Shown: piece by piece, positions 1-9,796 of the stretch
Layout of the letters: each line of letters opens with the position of its first letter
How positions within the stretch are numbered: position 1 is the first letter of the stretch
Assembly (NCBI GenBank): GCA_900769705.1
Contig: CAAGHP010000020.1
Location: 7,600-71,599 of the forward strand
DNA from: Alphaproteobacteria bacterium
GTDB taxonomy: Bacteria; Pseudomonadota; Alphaproteobacteria; RF32; CAG-239
DNA: 64,000 nt
Reading direction: 5' to 3'
Position numbers and translations under genes: made by a program
Notes under the pieces: generated by a model
Database searches by the model: none
What the model was told of the DNA's origin: nothing
Seen by the model: only the letters and a program-made list of their open reading frames with translations

Positions 1-161
1 ATGCGGCTAACACCTGCTTGAGCCAATTTTTCACCCAAGAATTTTTGAATTTTTAAATCTTCGTGGAGATAGTCAGTAAACTTGTCATCAGCATACCAAC
101 GAGAGTCCCAAGTGCGGTTTACACCCAAACGAAGACTTGTAGGATTTACTTTCTGTCCCAT
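1..161 (-). CDS. rpsC: 30S ribosomal protein S3 (N-terminal part; gene continues beyond the window start)
   Basis: Not in the ORF track. The minus-strand ATG at 161-159 translates to [28 protein letters not shown]..., a typical S3 N-terminus. It lies 4 nt downstream of the rplV stop, in canonical S10-operon order. Confidence 0.9.
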   Translation of the reverse strand, partial: MGQKVNPTSLRLGVNRTWDSRWYADDKFTDYLHEDLKIQKFLGEKLAQAGVSR

Positions 162-165
162 CTGC

Positions 166-522
166 TTACTCCCCACGCTCTGCAACAACAACGGTCATGC
201 TTGAGAACGGTTTCAAGATTCTTGCACCTCTGCCGCGACCGCGTGCACTCATACGTTTCATTACAATACCTTTACCGACATAAGCTTCGCTGACTACGAG
301 TTTGTCGATATTCAAATTATGATTATTTTCAGCATTGGAAATTGCAGATTGCAACAAACCCAATGCAACTTTTGCGATTCTCTTCTTAGAAAAGCTCAGT
401 TCTGCAACTGCTTTTTCTACACCCAAACCACGAATAGATTGAGCAACAAGGTTCAATTTACGCGGACTTGTGCGAATAGAGCGGCAAACAGCCATAGCTT
501 GTTTTTCATTCAATTTAGCCAT
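166..522 (-). CDS. rplV: 50S ribosomal protein L22
   Basis: 118-aa ORF with an L22-like sequence (ARILKPFSS...); positioned between S19 and S3. Confidence 0.95.
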   Translation of the reverse strand: MAKLNEKQAMAVCRSIRTSPRKLNLVAQSIRGLGVEKAVAELSFSKKRIAKVALGLLQSAISNAENNHNLNIDKLVVSEAYVGKGIVMKRMSARGRGRGARILKPFSSMTVVVAERGE

Positions 523-524
523 AA

Positions 525-806
525 TTAACCTCTCTTTGCAGTTGTATCAGCTTTGGTGTGGCCAAAGAATGTACGAGTTGGAGCAAATTCACCGAATTTG
601 TGGCCAACCATATCTTCAGTAACCAAAACCGGAATAAATTTGTGACCATTGTGTACGCCGAATGTTAAACCAACAAACTGTGGCAACATAGTAGAACGGC
701 GAGACCAAATTTTAATCACTTCATTACGGCTAGAAGCTCTGGCAGCATCAGCTTTCTTCAGAAGATAGCCATCAACAAAAGGTCCTTTCCATACGGAACG
801 TGTCAT
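525..806 (-). CDS. rpsS: 30S ribosomal protein S19
   Basis: 93 aa, [12 protein letters not shown]...HNGHKFIPV...[13 protein letters not shown], the S19 signature. Confidence 0.97.
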   Translation of the reverse strand: MTRSVWKGPFVDGYLLKKADAARASSRNEVIKIWSRRSTMLPQFVGLTFGVHNGHKFIPVLVTEDMVGHKFGEFAPTRTFFGHTKADTTAKRG

Positions 807-821
807 TAGCTTTTCTCCTTA

Positions 822-1655
822 TTAGTTTTTGTTATCATGACGAGATCTCATAATAAAGCGATCTGTCTTTTTGTTAGAACGAGTTTTAGCGCCCTTAGTA
901 GGTTTACCCCAAGGTGTAACCGGATGACGGCCACCGGAAGTTCTACCTTCACCACCACCAAGCGGGTGGTCAACCGGGTTCATGGCAACACCGCGGGAAA
1001 CAGGTCTCATACCCATCCAGCGTGCGCGTCCGGCTTTACTAAGTGAAACGTTCTGATTATCCGGATTGGAAACCGCACCAACGGTAGCCAAGCATTCTTC
1101 ACGAACGATTCTCAATTCGCCAGAGTTTAATTTCAACTGAACATAACCGGCATCTTTACCAACAACCTGAGCATAGCAACCGGCAGAACGAACTAATTGT
1201 CCGCCTTTGCCAGAACGCAGTTCAACGTTGTGTACAATAGTACCAACCGGCATATTCTTCAGAGGCATGGCGTTACCCGGTTTAATATCTGCTTTTTCTG
1301 CAGAAATGATTTTATCACCGGCTTTCAAGCGTTGCGGAGCCAAAATATAAGCCTTTTCACCATCACTGTAATTTACCAAAGCGATAAATGCAGTACGGTT
1401 AGGATCATATTCGATTCTCTCAACAGTAGCCTCACAATCAAATTTATTACGTTTAAAGTCAATCACACGGTAGCTGCGTTTATGACCACCACCAATGCGG
1501 CGACTTGTAACGTGACCAAAGTTATCACGCCCACCGGTCTTATTCAGACCTTTTGTTAAACTCTTCTCAGGCTTGCCTTTGTACAATTCGCTTTTATCAA
1601 CGAGTACAAGTTGGCGGCGACCTGCAGAAGTGGGCTTAAATGTATTCAAAGCCAT
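822..1655 (-). CDS. rplB: 50S ribosomal protein L2
   Basis: 277 aa, ...[15 protein letters not shown]...[19 protein letters not shown]...GGGEGR..., the L2 signature. Confidence 0.98.
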   Translation of the reverse strand: MALNTFKPTSAGRRQLVLVDKSELYKGKPEKSLTKGLNKTGGRDNFGHVTSRRIGGGHKRSYRVIDFKRNKFDCEATVERIEYDPNRTAFIALVNYSDGEKAYILAPQRLKAGDKIISAEKADIKPGNAMPLKNMPVGTIVHNVELRSGKGGQLVRSAGCYAQVVGKDAGYVQLKLNSGELRIVREECLATVGAVSNPDNQNVSLSKAGRARWMGMRPVSRGVAMNPVDHPLGGGEGRTSGGRHPVTPWGKPTKGAKTRSNKKTDRFIMRSRHDNKN

Positions 1656-1657
1656 AA

Positions 1658-1972
1658 CTAAATTCCTGTAGTAACATCAATGTTTTGACCGTCGGCAAGA
1701 GTAACGATGGCTTTTTTGAAATCAGAACGAACGCCCTGATGACCTCTAAAGCTTTTTACTTTACCGAATTGTTTAATTGTATTTACCTTATTAACTTTAA
1801 CGTTAAAGATGGCTTCTACAGCAGCTTTAACATCGTCTTTCGTAGCTGATAAAGGTACCATAAATACCACTTTTCCAGCTTCCGAAGAAACCATAGATTT
1901 TTCGGTAATTACCGGACGAACCAATGTATCATACATTGCTGCAGTCACATTGTTTGATTTGCTCTTAACCAT
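1658..1972 (-). CDS. rplW: 50S ribosomal protein L23
   Basis: 104 aa; operon position between L4 and L2; motif VRPVITEKS. Confidence 0.93.
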   Translation of the reverse strand: MVKSKSNNVTAAMYDTLVRPVITEKSMVSSEAGKVVFMVPLSATKDDVKAAVEAIFNVKVNKVNTIKQFGKVKSFRGHQGVRSDFKKAIVTLADGQNIDVTTGI

Positions 1973-2588
1973 TTAATCTCTCCTCTAAGCAACTTACTGC
2001 ATCTTTTGTCAATACCAATTTGTCCTTTTTTAAGATGTCATATACGTTGGCGCCGATTGTTGGCAGAATATCAATTCCGGCAATATTGCGGCTTGCCAAT
2101 GCAAAATTAACATCTACTTCCTTACCGTCAATGAAGAGGCAGTTTGTCAGACCGCAAGCATTCAATTTAGCTTGTAAATCTTTTGTCTTAGGAGCTGACA
2201 GCTTTGCTTCGTCAATAACAACAAGGTTGCCTGCTTTTGCTTTTGCAGACAAAGCAGTTTTCAGACCAAGTTTTCTGAATTTTTTAGTCAAGTCGAAAGA
2301 GTGGTCTCTTACAACCGGACCAAATACAACGCCACCTTTTCTAAATTGAGCACCTTTGCGAGAACCTTGACGAGCATTACCAGAACCTTTTTGTTTGAAA
2401 GGTTTAGCAGCTGTCAAAGCCACATCAGAGCGACCTTTGGTAGCGTGGTTTCCGCTTTGCAATCTGGCCAGCTGCCAGCTTACAACGCGTTGTAAAATAT
2501 CAGCGCGAACTTCCAAGCCATAAATGGAGTCGTTAAGTTCAATAGAGCCGACATTTTTATTTTCTAAATTTAAGATGTCCTGTTTCAT
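1965..2588 (-). CDS. rplD: 50S ribosomal protein L4
   Basis: 207 aa, [10 protein letters not shown]...GGVVFGP motif; 8-nt overlap with rplW. Confidence 0.95.
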   Translation of the reverse strand: MKQDILNLENKNVGSIELNDSIYGLEVRADILQRVVSWQLARLQSGNHATKGRSDVALTAAKPFKQKGSGNARQGSRKGAQFRKGGVVFGPVVRDHSFDLTKKFRKLGLKTALSAKAKAGNLVVIDEAKLSAPKTKDLQAKLNACGLTNCLFIDGKEVDVNFALASRNIAGIDILPTIGANVYDILKKDKLVLTKDAVSCLEERLNG

Positions 2589-2610
2589 TTTTATTATTCC
2601 TTACACTTCA

Positions 2611-3330
2611 TTATGCATTTTCAGCCGGAGTTTCAGCCGCTGCAACAGGTTCATCAACTTTTTTCAATCCTGCAGGCATTGGAACAGAGGCGTTAGCCGG
2701 TTTTTTAACGGCATCAGTAACTCTTACCCAAGTGTTTTCAGAGCCAGGAACGCCGCCTTTAACCATAATTAAGCCTCTGGCAGCATCAATAGCCACAACC
2801 TTCAAGTTTTGAACGGTAACGCGTTCAGCACCCATGTGACCGGCCATTTTTTTACCTTTGAAAACCTTACCCGGATCTTGTCTTTGACCGGTAGAACCAT
2901 GAGAACGGTGAGAAATTGACACACCGTGAGATGCTTCCAAACCGGCAAAGTTATGACGCTTCATAACACCGGCAAAACCTTTACCGATAGAAGTAGCGCA
3001 AACATCAACATATTGACCGGCAACAAAATGTTCTACCGACAATTCATCACCAACAGAAAGCAAGCAATCTTCAGAAACTCTGAATTCACTCAATTTTTTC
3101 TTTGGTTCAACTTTAGCCTTTGCAAAATATCCTTTCATAGGCTTGGTTACGTTTTTAGCTTTAATAGCCCCGGTACCAAGCTGAACTGCATTATAGCCGT
3201 CTTTTTCAGCTGTTTTTACATTAACAACCTGCAAGCCGTCTACGCTCAAAACAGTTACAGGAACATGTGTTCCGTCTGCTTCAAAAATGCGGGACATTCC
3301 TAATTTTTTTGCGATTAGACCCGTACGCAT
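2611..3330 (-). CDS. rplC: 50S ribosomal protein L3
   Basis: 239 aa, [16 protein letters not shown]...[13 protein letters not shown]...[17 protein letters not shown]. Confidence 0.97.
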   Translation of the reverse strand: MRTGLIAKKLGMSRIFEADGTHVPVTVLSVDGLQVVNVKTAEKDGYNAVQLGTGAIKAKNVTKPMKGYFAKAKVEPKKKLSEFRVSEDCLLSVGDELSVEHFVAGQYVDVCATSIGKGFAGVMKRHNFAGLEASHGVSISHRSHGSTGQRQDPGKVFKGKKMAGHMGAERVTVQNLKVVAIDAARGLIMVKGGVPGSENTWVRVTDAVKKPANASVPMPAGLKKVDEPVAAAETPAENA

Positions 3331-3391
3331 TATTATTTTTTCCTTTTCTTAATAGGTTGACAGCCTTTTAAACAAAAGCGCCAACATTAAA

Positions 3392-3700
3392 TTACAATTT
3401 AATTTCAACATTAACACCGGCAGCCAAATCAAGCTTCATCAAAGCATCAACTGTTTGCGGTGTAGGATCTACGATATCCAGAAGTCTTTTATGAGTACGG
3501 ATTTCGAACTGTTCACGAGATTTTTTATCTACGTGCGGAGAACGGTTTACCGTAAACTTTTCGATTCTGTTAGGCAGAGGAATCGGACCTCTGACATTAG
3601 CGCCTGTTCTTTTGGCTGTATGCACGATTTCTGCTGTAGAGAGATCAAGCAATCTATGGTCAAAAGCCTTCAAGCGGATTCTAATATTTTGTGTATCCAT
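3392..3700 (-). CDS. rpsJ: 30S ribosomal protein S10
   Basis: 102 aa, [14 protein letters not shown]...[33 protein letters not shown]. Confidence 0.97.
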   Translation of the reverse strand: MDTQNIRIRLKAFDHRLLDLSTAEIVHTAKRTGANVRGPIPLPNRIEKFTVNRSPHVDKKSREQFEIRTHKRLLDIVDPTPQTVDALMKLDLAAGVNVEIKL

Positions 3701-3862
3701 TTTTTATACTTTTCCTATAGCTAAACGGCAAAAATCACCATAATGGTTATCTGCCATCTAAATTTGTTACATTTCGCAAACTCTTTCGCAACAAAGGTTT
3801 GCACTATATTTTATATTTGCTTCGCTGCGGGGCAACCCCCTCAAAACAATTGTTGTAGCGTC

Positions 3863-3891
3863 TATATACCATAATCGCCTGCCCTTTGCAA
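3863..3891 (-). promoter_or_regulatory. Candidate sigma70-type promoter of the S10 operon
   Basis: Minus strand reads TTGCAA (3891-3886), a 17-nt spacer, then TATATA (3868-3863). This leaves a 5' leader of about 155 nt before the rpsJ ATG. Confidence 0.5.
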
Positions 3892-4055
3892 GCAAAAAAT
3901 GCATGTTTTATAAAAAAAATGACAGAAATTTTCATTGAGTCTATTTAGAGTCTAACAACATCTGAATATTTTGAATTTTCTCAATAATATGCAGAGCTTT
4001 TATTAAATTTTGCATAAAAAATCCAGATGAAATGCCACAAATAAAAACTTTCCAG

Positions 4056-4084
4056 TTGCAATTATCATTTAATTATTTTATATT
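4056..4084 (+). promoter_or_regulatory. Candidate promoter of the RHH-like gene
   Basis: TTGCAA (4056-4061), 17 nt, TATATT (4079-4084), about 30 nt upstream of the ATG at 4115. Confidence 0.45.
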
Positions 4085-4114
4085 GTATCAAATACAACTT
4101 TATTGGAGCTTTCG

Positions 4115-4405
4115 ATGACTACTTTATTGAACCGAATTATTTTAGTCAATGATCACAAAACCAGTATGAGACTCACCACATATGAATGGTATATTTTAGA
4201 TAGAATATGTATACGAGAGAATCTAAAGCGAGGACAGCTGTTTGAGCTGATTGATACAAAACGCTCAAACAATTTCGGCTTTACTCAAACCGTACGTTTG
4301 TTTTCACTTTTGTATTTGCATAATCTGGCACGCCGTGACCAAAACTATTCCTATGCTCCGGACGATACGACTTTAACAGAAACACTGAAAGAAATGTCAA
4401 TTTAA
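4115..4405 (+). CDS. Small ribbon-helix-helix-like protein (resembles the alphaproteobacterial RHH_4 / PF13467 family)
   Basis: The ORF track starts at TTG 4103. I prefer ATG 4115, preceded by GGAG at 4105-4108. The pattern TSMRL..YEWYILDRICIRENLKRGQLFELID...FTQTVRLFSLLYL resembles RHH_4 proteins (recalled from memory, not searched). Confidence 0.5.
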   Translation: MTTLLNRIILVNDHKTSMRLTTYEWYILDRICIRENLKRGQLFELIDTKRSNNFGFTQTVRLFSLLYLHNLARRDQNYSYAPDDTTLTETLKEMSI

Positions 4406-5161
4406 TCAGACACGCTTATATTCAAAAAACACAGGTTTACGGCCTTCGCGCACAGCCTTGCGTTGATATTTTGTTTCAAACCAATCAACGGGCGGATTTC
4501 GCCAATCATCCGAGCTATTTGCCGTCCAAACAAAGTTTTTATCTTTTGCCATAGTATGCAGCACCCATCCTTTGTACACGTCATGATCCGTTGCAATCTG
4601 CAAAATACCGTTTTTTTTCAATACACGGGCGAGCTCTTTCAAATTATCAGGATTTATAAAACGCCGGTTGGCATGTTTCTTTTTCGGCCATGGGTCCGGA
4701 AATAACAAATAAATTTTATCCAAACAAGCATCTGGTAAAACGCTGAAAAGCAGCCGAACATCATCATCATAAATTCGAATATTATCAATCCGCCCTGCTT
4801 CTAAGCAAACTTCGCGCGTTAAATCTTCTTCATTACCTTCTTTTACACCTGTAATCAAAGAAAGTAAATTTGCCACGCCGTTTTTATATACCTCAACACC
4901 AACAAAACCTGTTTCAGGCTGACTTTTAGCAATAGCCGCCAAATGACTGCCATCACCAAAACCAATTTCCAAAGCGTATTTTTGCTTAGCCGACGGAAAG
5001 CATTTTTGTAAATCAATCTGTTTGGCAGAATCTAATAAAACCCGCGGCAAAAAGTCTTCTAATAAAAAACTTTTTGCCTTACGGATTGTACGCCCCTTAC
5101 GACGGCCAAAAAATTTTGGCTTCTCGCTAAAACTATTTTGCTGATTAAAACTTGTTGTCAT
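4406..5161 (-). CDS. trmB: tRNA (guanine-N7)-methyltransferase
   Basis: EIGFGDGSHL (SAM site) and LLFPDPWPKKKHANRRF motifs. The start is placed at the internal Met (MTTSFNQQ) because the ORF-track start at 5215 overlaps the upstream XRE gene by 71 nt. Confidence 0.9.
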   Translation of the reverse strand: MTTSFNQQNSFSEKPKFFGRRKGRTIRKAKSFLLEDFLPRVLLDSAKQIDLQKCFPSAKQKYALEIGFGDGSHLAAIAKSQPETGFVGVEVYKNGVANLLSLITGVKEGNEEDLTREVCLEAGRIDNIRIYDDDVRLLFSVLPDACLDKIYLLFPDPWPKKKHANRRFINPDNLKELARVLKKNGILQIATDHDVYKGWVLHTMAKDKNFVWTANSSDDWRNPPVDWFETKYQRKAVREGRKPVFFEYKRV

Positions 5162-5660
5162 CAGCAGCGTCTTTTTCTGCCATAGCCAAGTTGCTGTTAG
5201 ATTTTGATAAAGCAACCATCAAATTGAATAAATTTCTGGCAATAGAACGGTTAGGAATTTTATAGTACGCTCTGACTAATTCCAAGGTTTCTTTTCTTTT
5301 CATCGGATCATCATCAAAAGAACGGCGGTCTTCTTCAAAGAAATAATTTTTTTCACTTTGATTTTTATTCAGCATGCGAGGACTGTTTTTAACAACGTCT
5401 TCATCCATATCTTCAAAGAAAAAGCCCATCGGAACTTCCAAAACGCGGCTGATATCCCACAATCTGCTTGCCCCAACTCGGTTCATGCCTTTTTCATATT
5501 TTTGTATTTGTTGAAAAGTCAATCCGAGCATTTCAGCCATTTGCTGCTGAGTAATATGCAAAATAGTGCGGCGCAGACGAATTCTGTTACCAACATGAAC
5601 ATCTACCGGATTTGGCTCATTGTCATTAACTCTTCCTCTAAGAGATTTAGTTTCTTTCAT
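5145..5660 (-). CDS. XRE-family helix-turn-helix transcriptional regulator
   Basis: HTH_3-like segment IRLRRTILHITQQQMAEMLGLTFQQIQKYEKGMNRVGASRL; 171 aa, as in the conserved alphaproteobacterial XRE proteins. Confidence 0.85.
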   Translation of the reverse strand: MKETKSLRGRVNDNEPNPVDVHVGNRIRLRRTILHITQQQMAEMLGLTFQQIQKYEKGMNRVGASRLWDISRVLEVPMGFFFEDMDEDVVKNSPRMLNKNQSEKNYFFEEDRRSFDDDPMKRKETLELVRAYYKIPNRSIARNLFNLMVALSKSNSNLAMAEKDAADDNKF

Positions 5661-5855
5661 TTTATTTCACCTCAACAAATTAAATACTCATCTAGATATA
5701 TAGAATCAACAAAGGCACTTGTCAAATATTAAATCGTATAAATATACTGAAAGCACAATAATTTATTATATATCAGCAAATAGCAATATATAATATAGTG
5801 TATTCAAAATATTCATATTACGCTAAATTTTACAACTTTTGATAATGATTAAAAT

Positions 5856-5900
5856 ACAAAAAGAGCCTATTTCCCAAAGCAGAAAAAAGGCTCTTTTTGT
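5856..5900. terminator. Bidirectional rho-independent terminator-like hairpin
   Basis: AAAAAGAGCC (5858-5867) pairs with GGCTCTTTTT (5889-5898). It sits directly downstream of the minus-strand ORF 5903-6331. Confidence 0.5.
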
Positions 5901-5902
5901 AT

Positions 5903-6331
5903 TTATTCTTTAACGTCTTTGGGCCTAAACTCATCATTTTCATATTGATAATGATCACAAAGAACGGCCAAACCCAGCATGGCAAACAAAAAAACAATTC
6001 GCAGAATCTGTCCCTGAAATGCCCTGTCGATAGCTTCATCGTCAACCCTTCCGGCCATAAACTGCAGATTCTGATTTTTTGCAGTTATAAATGCCGTAAC
6101 AACGCTATCCTTCTTAGGACCTTCCCACATACCTTTTTTTGACAGCACATGAGCAACAGGCTGAATTTTATGATTCATTTCTACAAAAAACGAGTCCTTG
6201 CCTGACGTGTTTGCCTTTTGCCGAACAACACCTTCCGTAATCACCTGAGGAAATACTGAACGGCGCCCAAAGCGGTCATAACCTATATATATACAAGCAA
6301 CCGCAGCAATAAATAATATAATATTCTTCAT
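5903..6331 (-). CDS. Hypothetical membrane protein (N- and C-terminal TM helices flanking a soluble segment)
   Basis: 142-aa ORF with hydrophobic segments at both ends and no recognisable motif. The layout is reminiscent of DUF3592-type proteins (weak). Confidence 0.55.
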   Translation of the reverse strand: MKNIILFIAAVACIYIGYDRFGRRSVFPQVITEGVVRQKANTSGKDSFFVEMNHKIQPVAHVLSKKGMWEGPKKDSVVTAFITAKNQNLQFMAGRVDDEAIDRAFQGQILRIVFLFAMLGLAVLCDHYQYENDEFRPKDVKE

Positions 6332-6429
6332 AACAATAGAAAAAATGATTAAAATTTCTATTCATTATTAACATACTTTTTTTATTATGCCAAGCAAAAT
6401 TTATTTTCCTTTTGCCAAAATCTAAATTA

Positions 6430-6458
6430 TTGACAAAAGATAAATAACTTATTATAAT
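6430..6458 (+). promoter_or_regulatory. Perfect-consensus sigma70 promoter
   Basis: TTGACA (6430-6435), exactly 17 nt, TATAAT (6453-6458), about 35 nt upstream of the ATG at 6493. Confidence 0.65.
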
Positions 6459-6492
6459 AAGGCTATATTTAAATTATTAACTCTTTATATTT

Positions 6493-6912
6493 ATGAAAAA
6501 TCGTATAATTTTGGGATTAGGCTTTTTTTGGTATATTGCCGGAATAGCCTGCACAGCTTATTTAACTGCCAAGCTGGTTGATGATTTTGCATTTTACCAA
6601 AACCTTTGTCCGATACCTTTTGTGGTAGTAGTCATTGTCGGTTTCTTGAGCTGCAGTATTGCTACGGGAAAACTGGTTATTCCCTTGCACTTTATTTATC
6701 TGAAAAGCCTATATTGGCAAAAAGAGTACGGAGGGCTACCGTTTACAACCTACCAGCAAAAAATTGCAGCTGCCAACAACATTAAGGACATCTTTGTCGC
6801 AACAATGCTTTTATCATGCTGGCTGTTTCTGCCGATGCTGTTTTACGGTATGGCGTACGTCTGCATCAATCGATATGTGTGCAGTCAGCGTCCAAACCGC
6901 CACGACTTTTAA
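6493..6912 (+). CDS. Hypothetical integral membrane protein (about 4 TM)
   Basis: 139-aa ORF with four hydrophobic stretches; consensus promoter upstream; imperfect hairpin CTCCGACTT/AAGCCGGAG plus a T-run downstream (about 6919-6955). Confidence 0.6.
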   Translation: MKNRIILGLGFFWYIAGIACTAYLTAKLVDDFAFYQNLCPIPFVVVVIVGFLSCSIATGKLVIPLHFIYLKSLYWQKEYGGLPFTTYQQKIAAANNIKDIFVATMLLSCWLFLPMLFYGMAYVCINRYVCSQRPNRHDF

Positions 6913-7016
6913 CTTGTTAGCTCCGACTTAATAAAAATAAGCCGGAGTTTTTTATTTTGCATTTCAACTTGACAAAATCAAAAAGATATGTTACAGCGGA
7001 ATAAATTTTAATAATT

Positions 7017-7238
7017 ATGGCAGGTATAATTTTATCTTATGTTTTTATTATCGGACTTATAATAATTTGTTTGTTCGTAATTTATTTTGAAAAGTTTGTA
7101 GTTGCCACGAATATAAGTAATCGGGTTGTTAAAATACCAAACCGCTTAATAAGGGAAGCCGTTGCAAGTTTTAATGACCTATTGAAAACAGGTTTATCAT
7201 TGCCTGATAATCTCCCTCATATTCGTTCGCCTACTTGA
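7017..7238 (+). CDS. Hypothetical small membrane protein (1 TM)
   Basis: 73-aa ORF with an N-terminal hydrophobic helix. It is followed by a 9-bp AT hairpin (7238-7259) and a terminator. Confidence 0.45.
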   Translation: MAGIILSYVFIIGLIIICLFVIYFEKFVVATNISNRVVKIPNRLIREAVASFNDLLKTGLSLPDNLPHIRSPT

Positions 7239-7271
7239 GATTATTTTTGGAAATAATCTTTGCTGTAACTG

Positions 7272-7319
7272 ATAACCGCATTGTTCTTTATTTTAGGGAC
7301 TTTGCGGTTATTTTTTTTA
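7272..7319 (+). terminator. Rho-independent terminator candidate
   Basis: ATAACCGCA (7272-7280) pairs with TGCGGTTAT (7303-7311) and is followed by a T8 run; the loop is large (22 nt). Confidence 0.5.
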
Positions 7320-7353
7320 TTGATACTATTTACATTCTTAACTATATTTTTTC

Positions 7354-7506
7354 ATGTTAAATTCAATAATTATGGTTAATCTTTTTGTATTTCTATTTTG
7401 TGCGATTCTCGCTCTCCTTTTAGTAAAAGGAGTAGAATTAAAAGGTATCACAGTTATTGATAAAGATACTTGTATTATAATAAAATCAATACAGATTGTT
7501 TTCTGA
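7354..7506 (+). CDS. Possible 50-aa small membrane peptide (below the ORF-track cutoff)
   Basis: Hand translation gives MLNSIIMVNLFVFLFCAILALLLVKGVELKGITVIDKDTCIIIKSIQIVF. It has one TM helix and no clear RBS. Confidence 0.25.
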   Translation: MLNSIIMVNLFVFLFCAILALLLVKGVELKGITVIDKDTCIIIKSIQIVF

Positions 7507-7629
7507 CTACTGGATTTTATTAAATACTGAACCCTGCGGTTATCATTATTTAGACGGAAAATACTTTACTTCTGCACATATATTCTTATAATAAATCACA
7601 AATTTTATTATTAACTAATATTTTTTATT

Positions 7630-8589
7630 ATGAATATTTTTATTATTGAGAAAAGCTACATGATTAAAAAGATTAAATCTGTAGCTGGTGGCTGGAAACT
7701 GTATCCGCAGGATAAAAATGAAAAAGAAATTTTTATCAACAAGCAATATTATGCCGGTAAAATGCCTTTTATGTTTCCATGGCAGACCTTTAAGCTGGAT
7801 ATCGTCTATATCTGGGGTTCTAAGAATAACGAAATCGGCTTTATAACTTCAGCGGTTCTGAACGGAAAAAAGCTTTTTGAAGTTCCTAAGAAAGAGTATC
7901 CTGCAAATATCAAAAAAAGGGTAGATGCCGGCGATAAGCTTAACAGCGAACAACAAGAGCATATTGATACTGTCAATAAGGCTGTTATTTCCGCCTTGGA
8001 TTCTTTTTTACCTACGATTATGCTGTATTATGGGTATACCGGCTTGAATGTGGATTTACGGTGCTACCTTGGTCTTCACATTTTTAAGGGAGAAAAGACT
8101 CCTGAATATGAGCAACGCTTAAAGCTGATGATGATTCTTTGCCGGATTGCCGAGCGTATATACAAGCGTCACGTGAATACGGATGACTGTTGGAATGTTG
8201 GCTTATCGGCCATAAAGTTTGATCTTCCCGGACCTTGGTATGGTGATGAGAACATGCCTCTTGACAAGGAAAGTCCGGCTATGCAAATGTTTTGGGAAAT
8301 AGATGATTTGCTTAACGAATTTCTTCCTCAAAAAATGAATATTTTGCTGCGTCAGTATCTTAATTATGTTGTGCGTGACATATTGTGTGTTTTTGCACAA
8401 GATTATAATTTGATTTGCAAAGGCAAACTTGATCCGTTTGAACATTTCCATGAAGAATATTCTGACGAAAAAGTCTTTAGGTTGAACATAGAAAAAATGC
8501 AAATGCCTAAATACACATCTTTTATTCTGCCTAAAGTTTTCAGCGATGATGAAATTTATAATTTCATACGCAGTTATAATTTGAAGTAA
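7630..8589 (+). CDS. Hypothetical protein, ORFan (no motif recognised)
   Basis: 319-aa uninterrupted ORF in an AT-rich region with a strong terminator downstream. The start is uncertain (ATG 7630 or 7660; neither has a good RBS). Confidence 0.6.
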   Translation: MNIFIIEKSYMIKKIKSVAGGWKLYPQDKNEKEIFINKQYYAGKMPFMFPWQTFKLDIVYIWGSKNNEIGFITSAVLNGKKLFEVPKKEYPANIKKRVDAGDKLNSEQQEHIDTVNKAVISALDSFLPTIMLYYGYTGLNVDLRCYLGLHIFKGEKTPEYEQRLKLMMILCRIAERIYKRHVNTDDCWNVGLSAIKFDLPGPWYGDENMPLDKESPAMQMFWEIDDLLNEFLPQKMNILLRQYLNYVVRDILCVFAQDYNLICKGKLDPFEHFHEEYSDEKVFRLNIEKMQMPKYTSFILPKVFSDDEIYNFIRSYNLK

Positions 8590-8594
8590 AATTC

Positions 8595-8633
8595 AAAAAC
8601 AGCCTTAGTTCTAAAACTAAGGCTGTTTTTTTT
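8595..8633. terminator. Bidirectional rho-independent terminator
   Basis: ACAGCCTTAGTT (8599-8610) pairs with AACTAAGGCTGT (8615-8626), a 12-bp stem flanked by an A-run and a T-run. It lies between the convergent ORF 7630-8589 and lptG. Confidence 0.85.
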
Positions 8634-8686
8634 ACAGTTCATACAAAATTCTTTACATTCTCTCAAGCAGTTGATGAAATTTTATA

Positions 8687-9793
8687 TTAAACTTCATCGG
8701 CAGAAACCAACATCGAACTGCTCGTCAGCAAAATGATTAAAGTCGGCGCTGATACCGCAAGCCAAACCGGAATATAGCCGTTTATACCAAAAGCATAAAC
8801 TACCTGCGATGAAAAATAGACAATAAAGCCGATAACAACGCTGAAAACAACCCGCATCATCACTCCGGAACCGCGCTGGGTGTTCTGCAGCATAAAAATT
8901 GCAGCAATCAACACCATGCCAACCAGCTGAAACGGAGCAATAAGCAAGCTCAAATAGCGCATCCAGTGACGGCGTGCCGAAAAGCCGGCTTGTTCGTAAA
9001 AAGCGATGGTCTCCGGCAGCTGCCAAAATGAAATTGCATCAGGTTCAATAAAATTTTCTTTTATCCGTTCCATATTTATGCTTGTTTTATAAGCATAATC
9101 CATTAAAAATTCAACCGGTTTACCGCCCTCCAGAACCCTAACATCTTTCAGATGAAAAGTATTGCCTTCCAATGTGGCAAAATAGGCTTCGTACCCTTTA
9201 AGAATTTGGGCATTTTTACCAAGTTCCGTAATGCTGACATCCCGCATCCATAAAGTATTGTTCTCCTGCCGCAATGTTTTGGCCTGCAGCAGCAAAACTT
9301 TGCCGTCGCCCACGGCTTCGCGTATCCACAAACCCTTGCTTGAAAACAACACGGCATTAGGATCACGAGAATCGAGCCGATAATCCAGCACTTCGTGCCA
9401 TTCAAACATTTTTGCCGCCAGCGGATTAAAAAGCATGGTATTTACCAATCCCAGCAAAAATGTAGCGATAATCAGCGGACGCAGCAGCCCAAACATAGAA
9501 ACGCCTGCCGAACGGATAATTACAAATTCATTATTTTTGCTCAAACGCCAAAAAGTTATCATTGCCGCCACCATCATCACAAACGGAATCACAATTTCGA
9601 CGGTTTTGGTCACTCTGGTTACAGCCAGTTGCGCGGCAAACCACATTGTGACATCATCTCGTCCGGAAATTTTACGCAATGTTTCAATAGAGTCAAACAT
9701 TAAAATAATGCCTAAAATGGCAAAAAGCACCATAAAAAAGTTACCAAGTAGCTGCCGGTTTATATAACGGCTGAGAATTGCAAAAAAGCTCAT
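8687..9793 (-). CDS. lptG: LPS export ABC transporter permease, LptF/LptG (YjgP/YjgQ) family, probably LptG
   Basis: 368 aa; N-terminus MSFFAILSRYINRQLLGNFF...; six TM helices with a large periplasmic loop, as in LptG. Confidence 0.75.
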   Translation of the reverse strand: MSFFAILSRYINRQLLGNFFMVLFAILGIILMFDSIETLRKISGRDDVTMWFAAQLAVTRVTKTVEIVIPFVMMVAAMITFWRLSKNNEFVIIRSAGVSMFGLLRPLIIATFLLGLVNTMLFNPLAAKMFEWHEVLDYRLDSRDPNAVLFSSKGLWIREAVGDGKVLLLQAKTLRQENNTLWMRDVSITELGKNAQILKGYEAYFATLEGNTFHLKDVRVLEGGKPVEFLMDYAYKTSINMERIKENFIEPDAISFWQLPETIAFYEQAGFSARRHWMRYLSLLIAPFQLVGMVLIAAIFMLQNTQRGSGVMMRVVFSVVIGFIVYFSSQVVYAFGINGYIPVWLAVSAPTLIILLTSSSMLVSADEV

Positions 9794-9796
9794 AAT

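Noticed and set aside
4406-5215. Long version of trmB (269 aa) starting at 5215.
   Set aside because: It would overlap the upstream XRE gene by 71 nt, and the extra N-terminal residues are not TrmB-like. The internal Met at 5161 gives a 17-nt overlap typical of coupling.
4115-5660. Toxin-antitoxin interpretation of the RHH-like gene and/or the XRE gene.
   Set aside because: Neither has an adjacent small partner ORF in the same operon. The RHH-like gene is convergent with trmB, and the XRE protein is the large conserved alphaproteobacterial type.
8694-9026. 110-aa and 85-aa same-strand alternative-frame ORFs within lptG.
   Set aside because: They are out-of-frame overlaps inside a supported membrane-protein gene, with Cys/Arg-rich nonsense composition.
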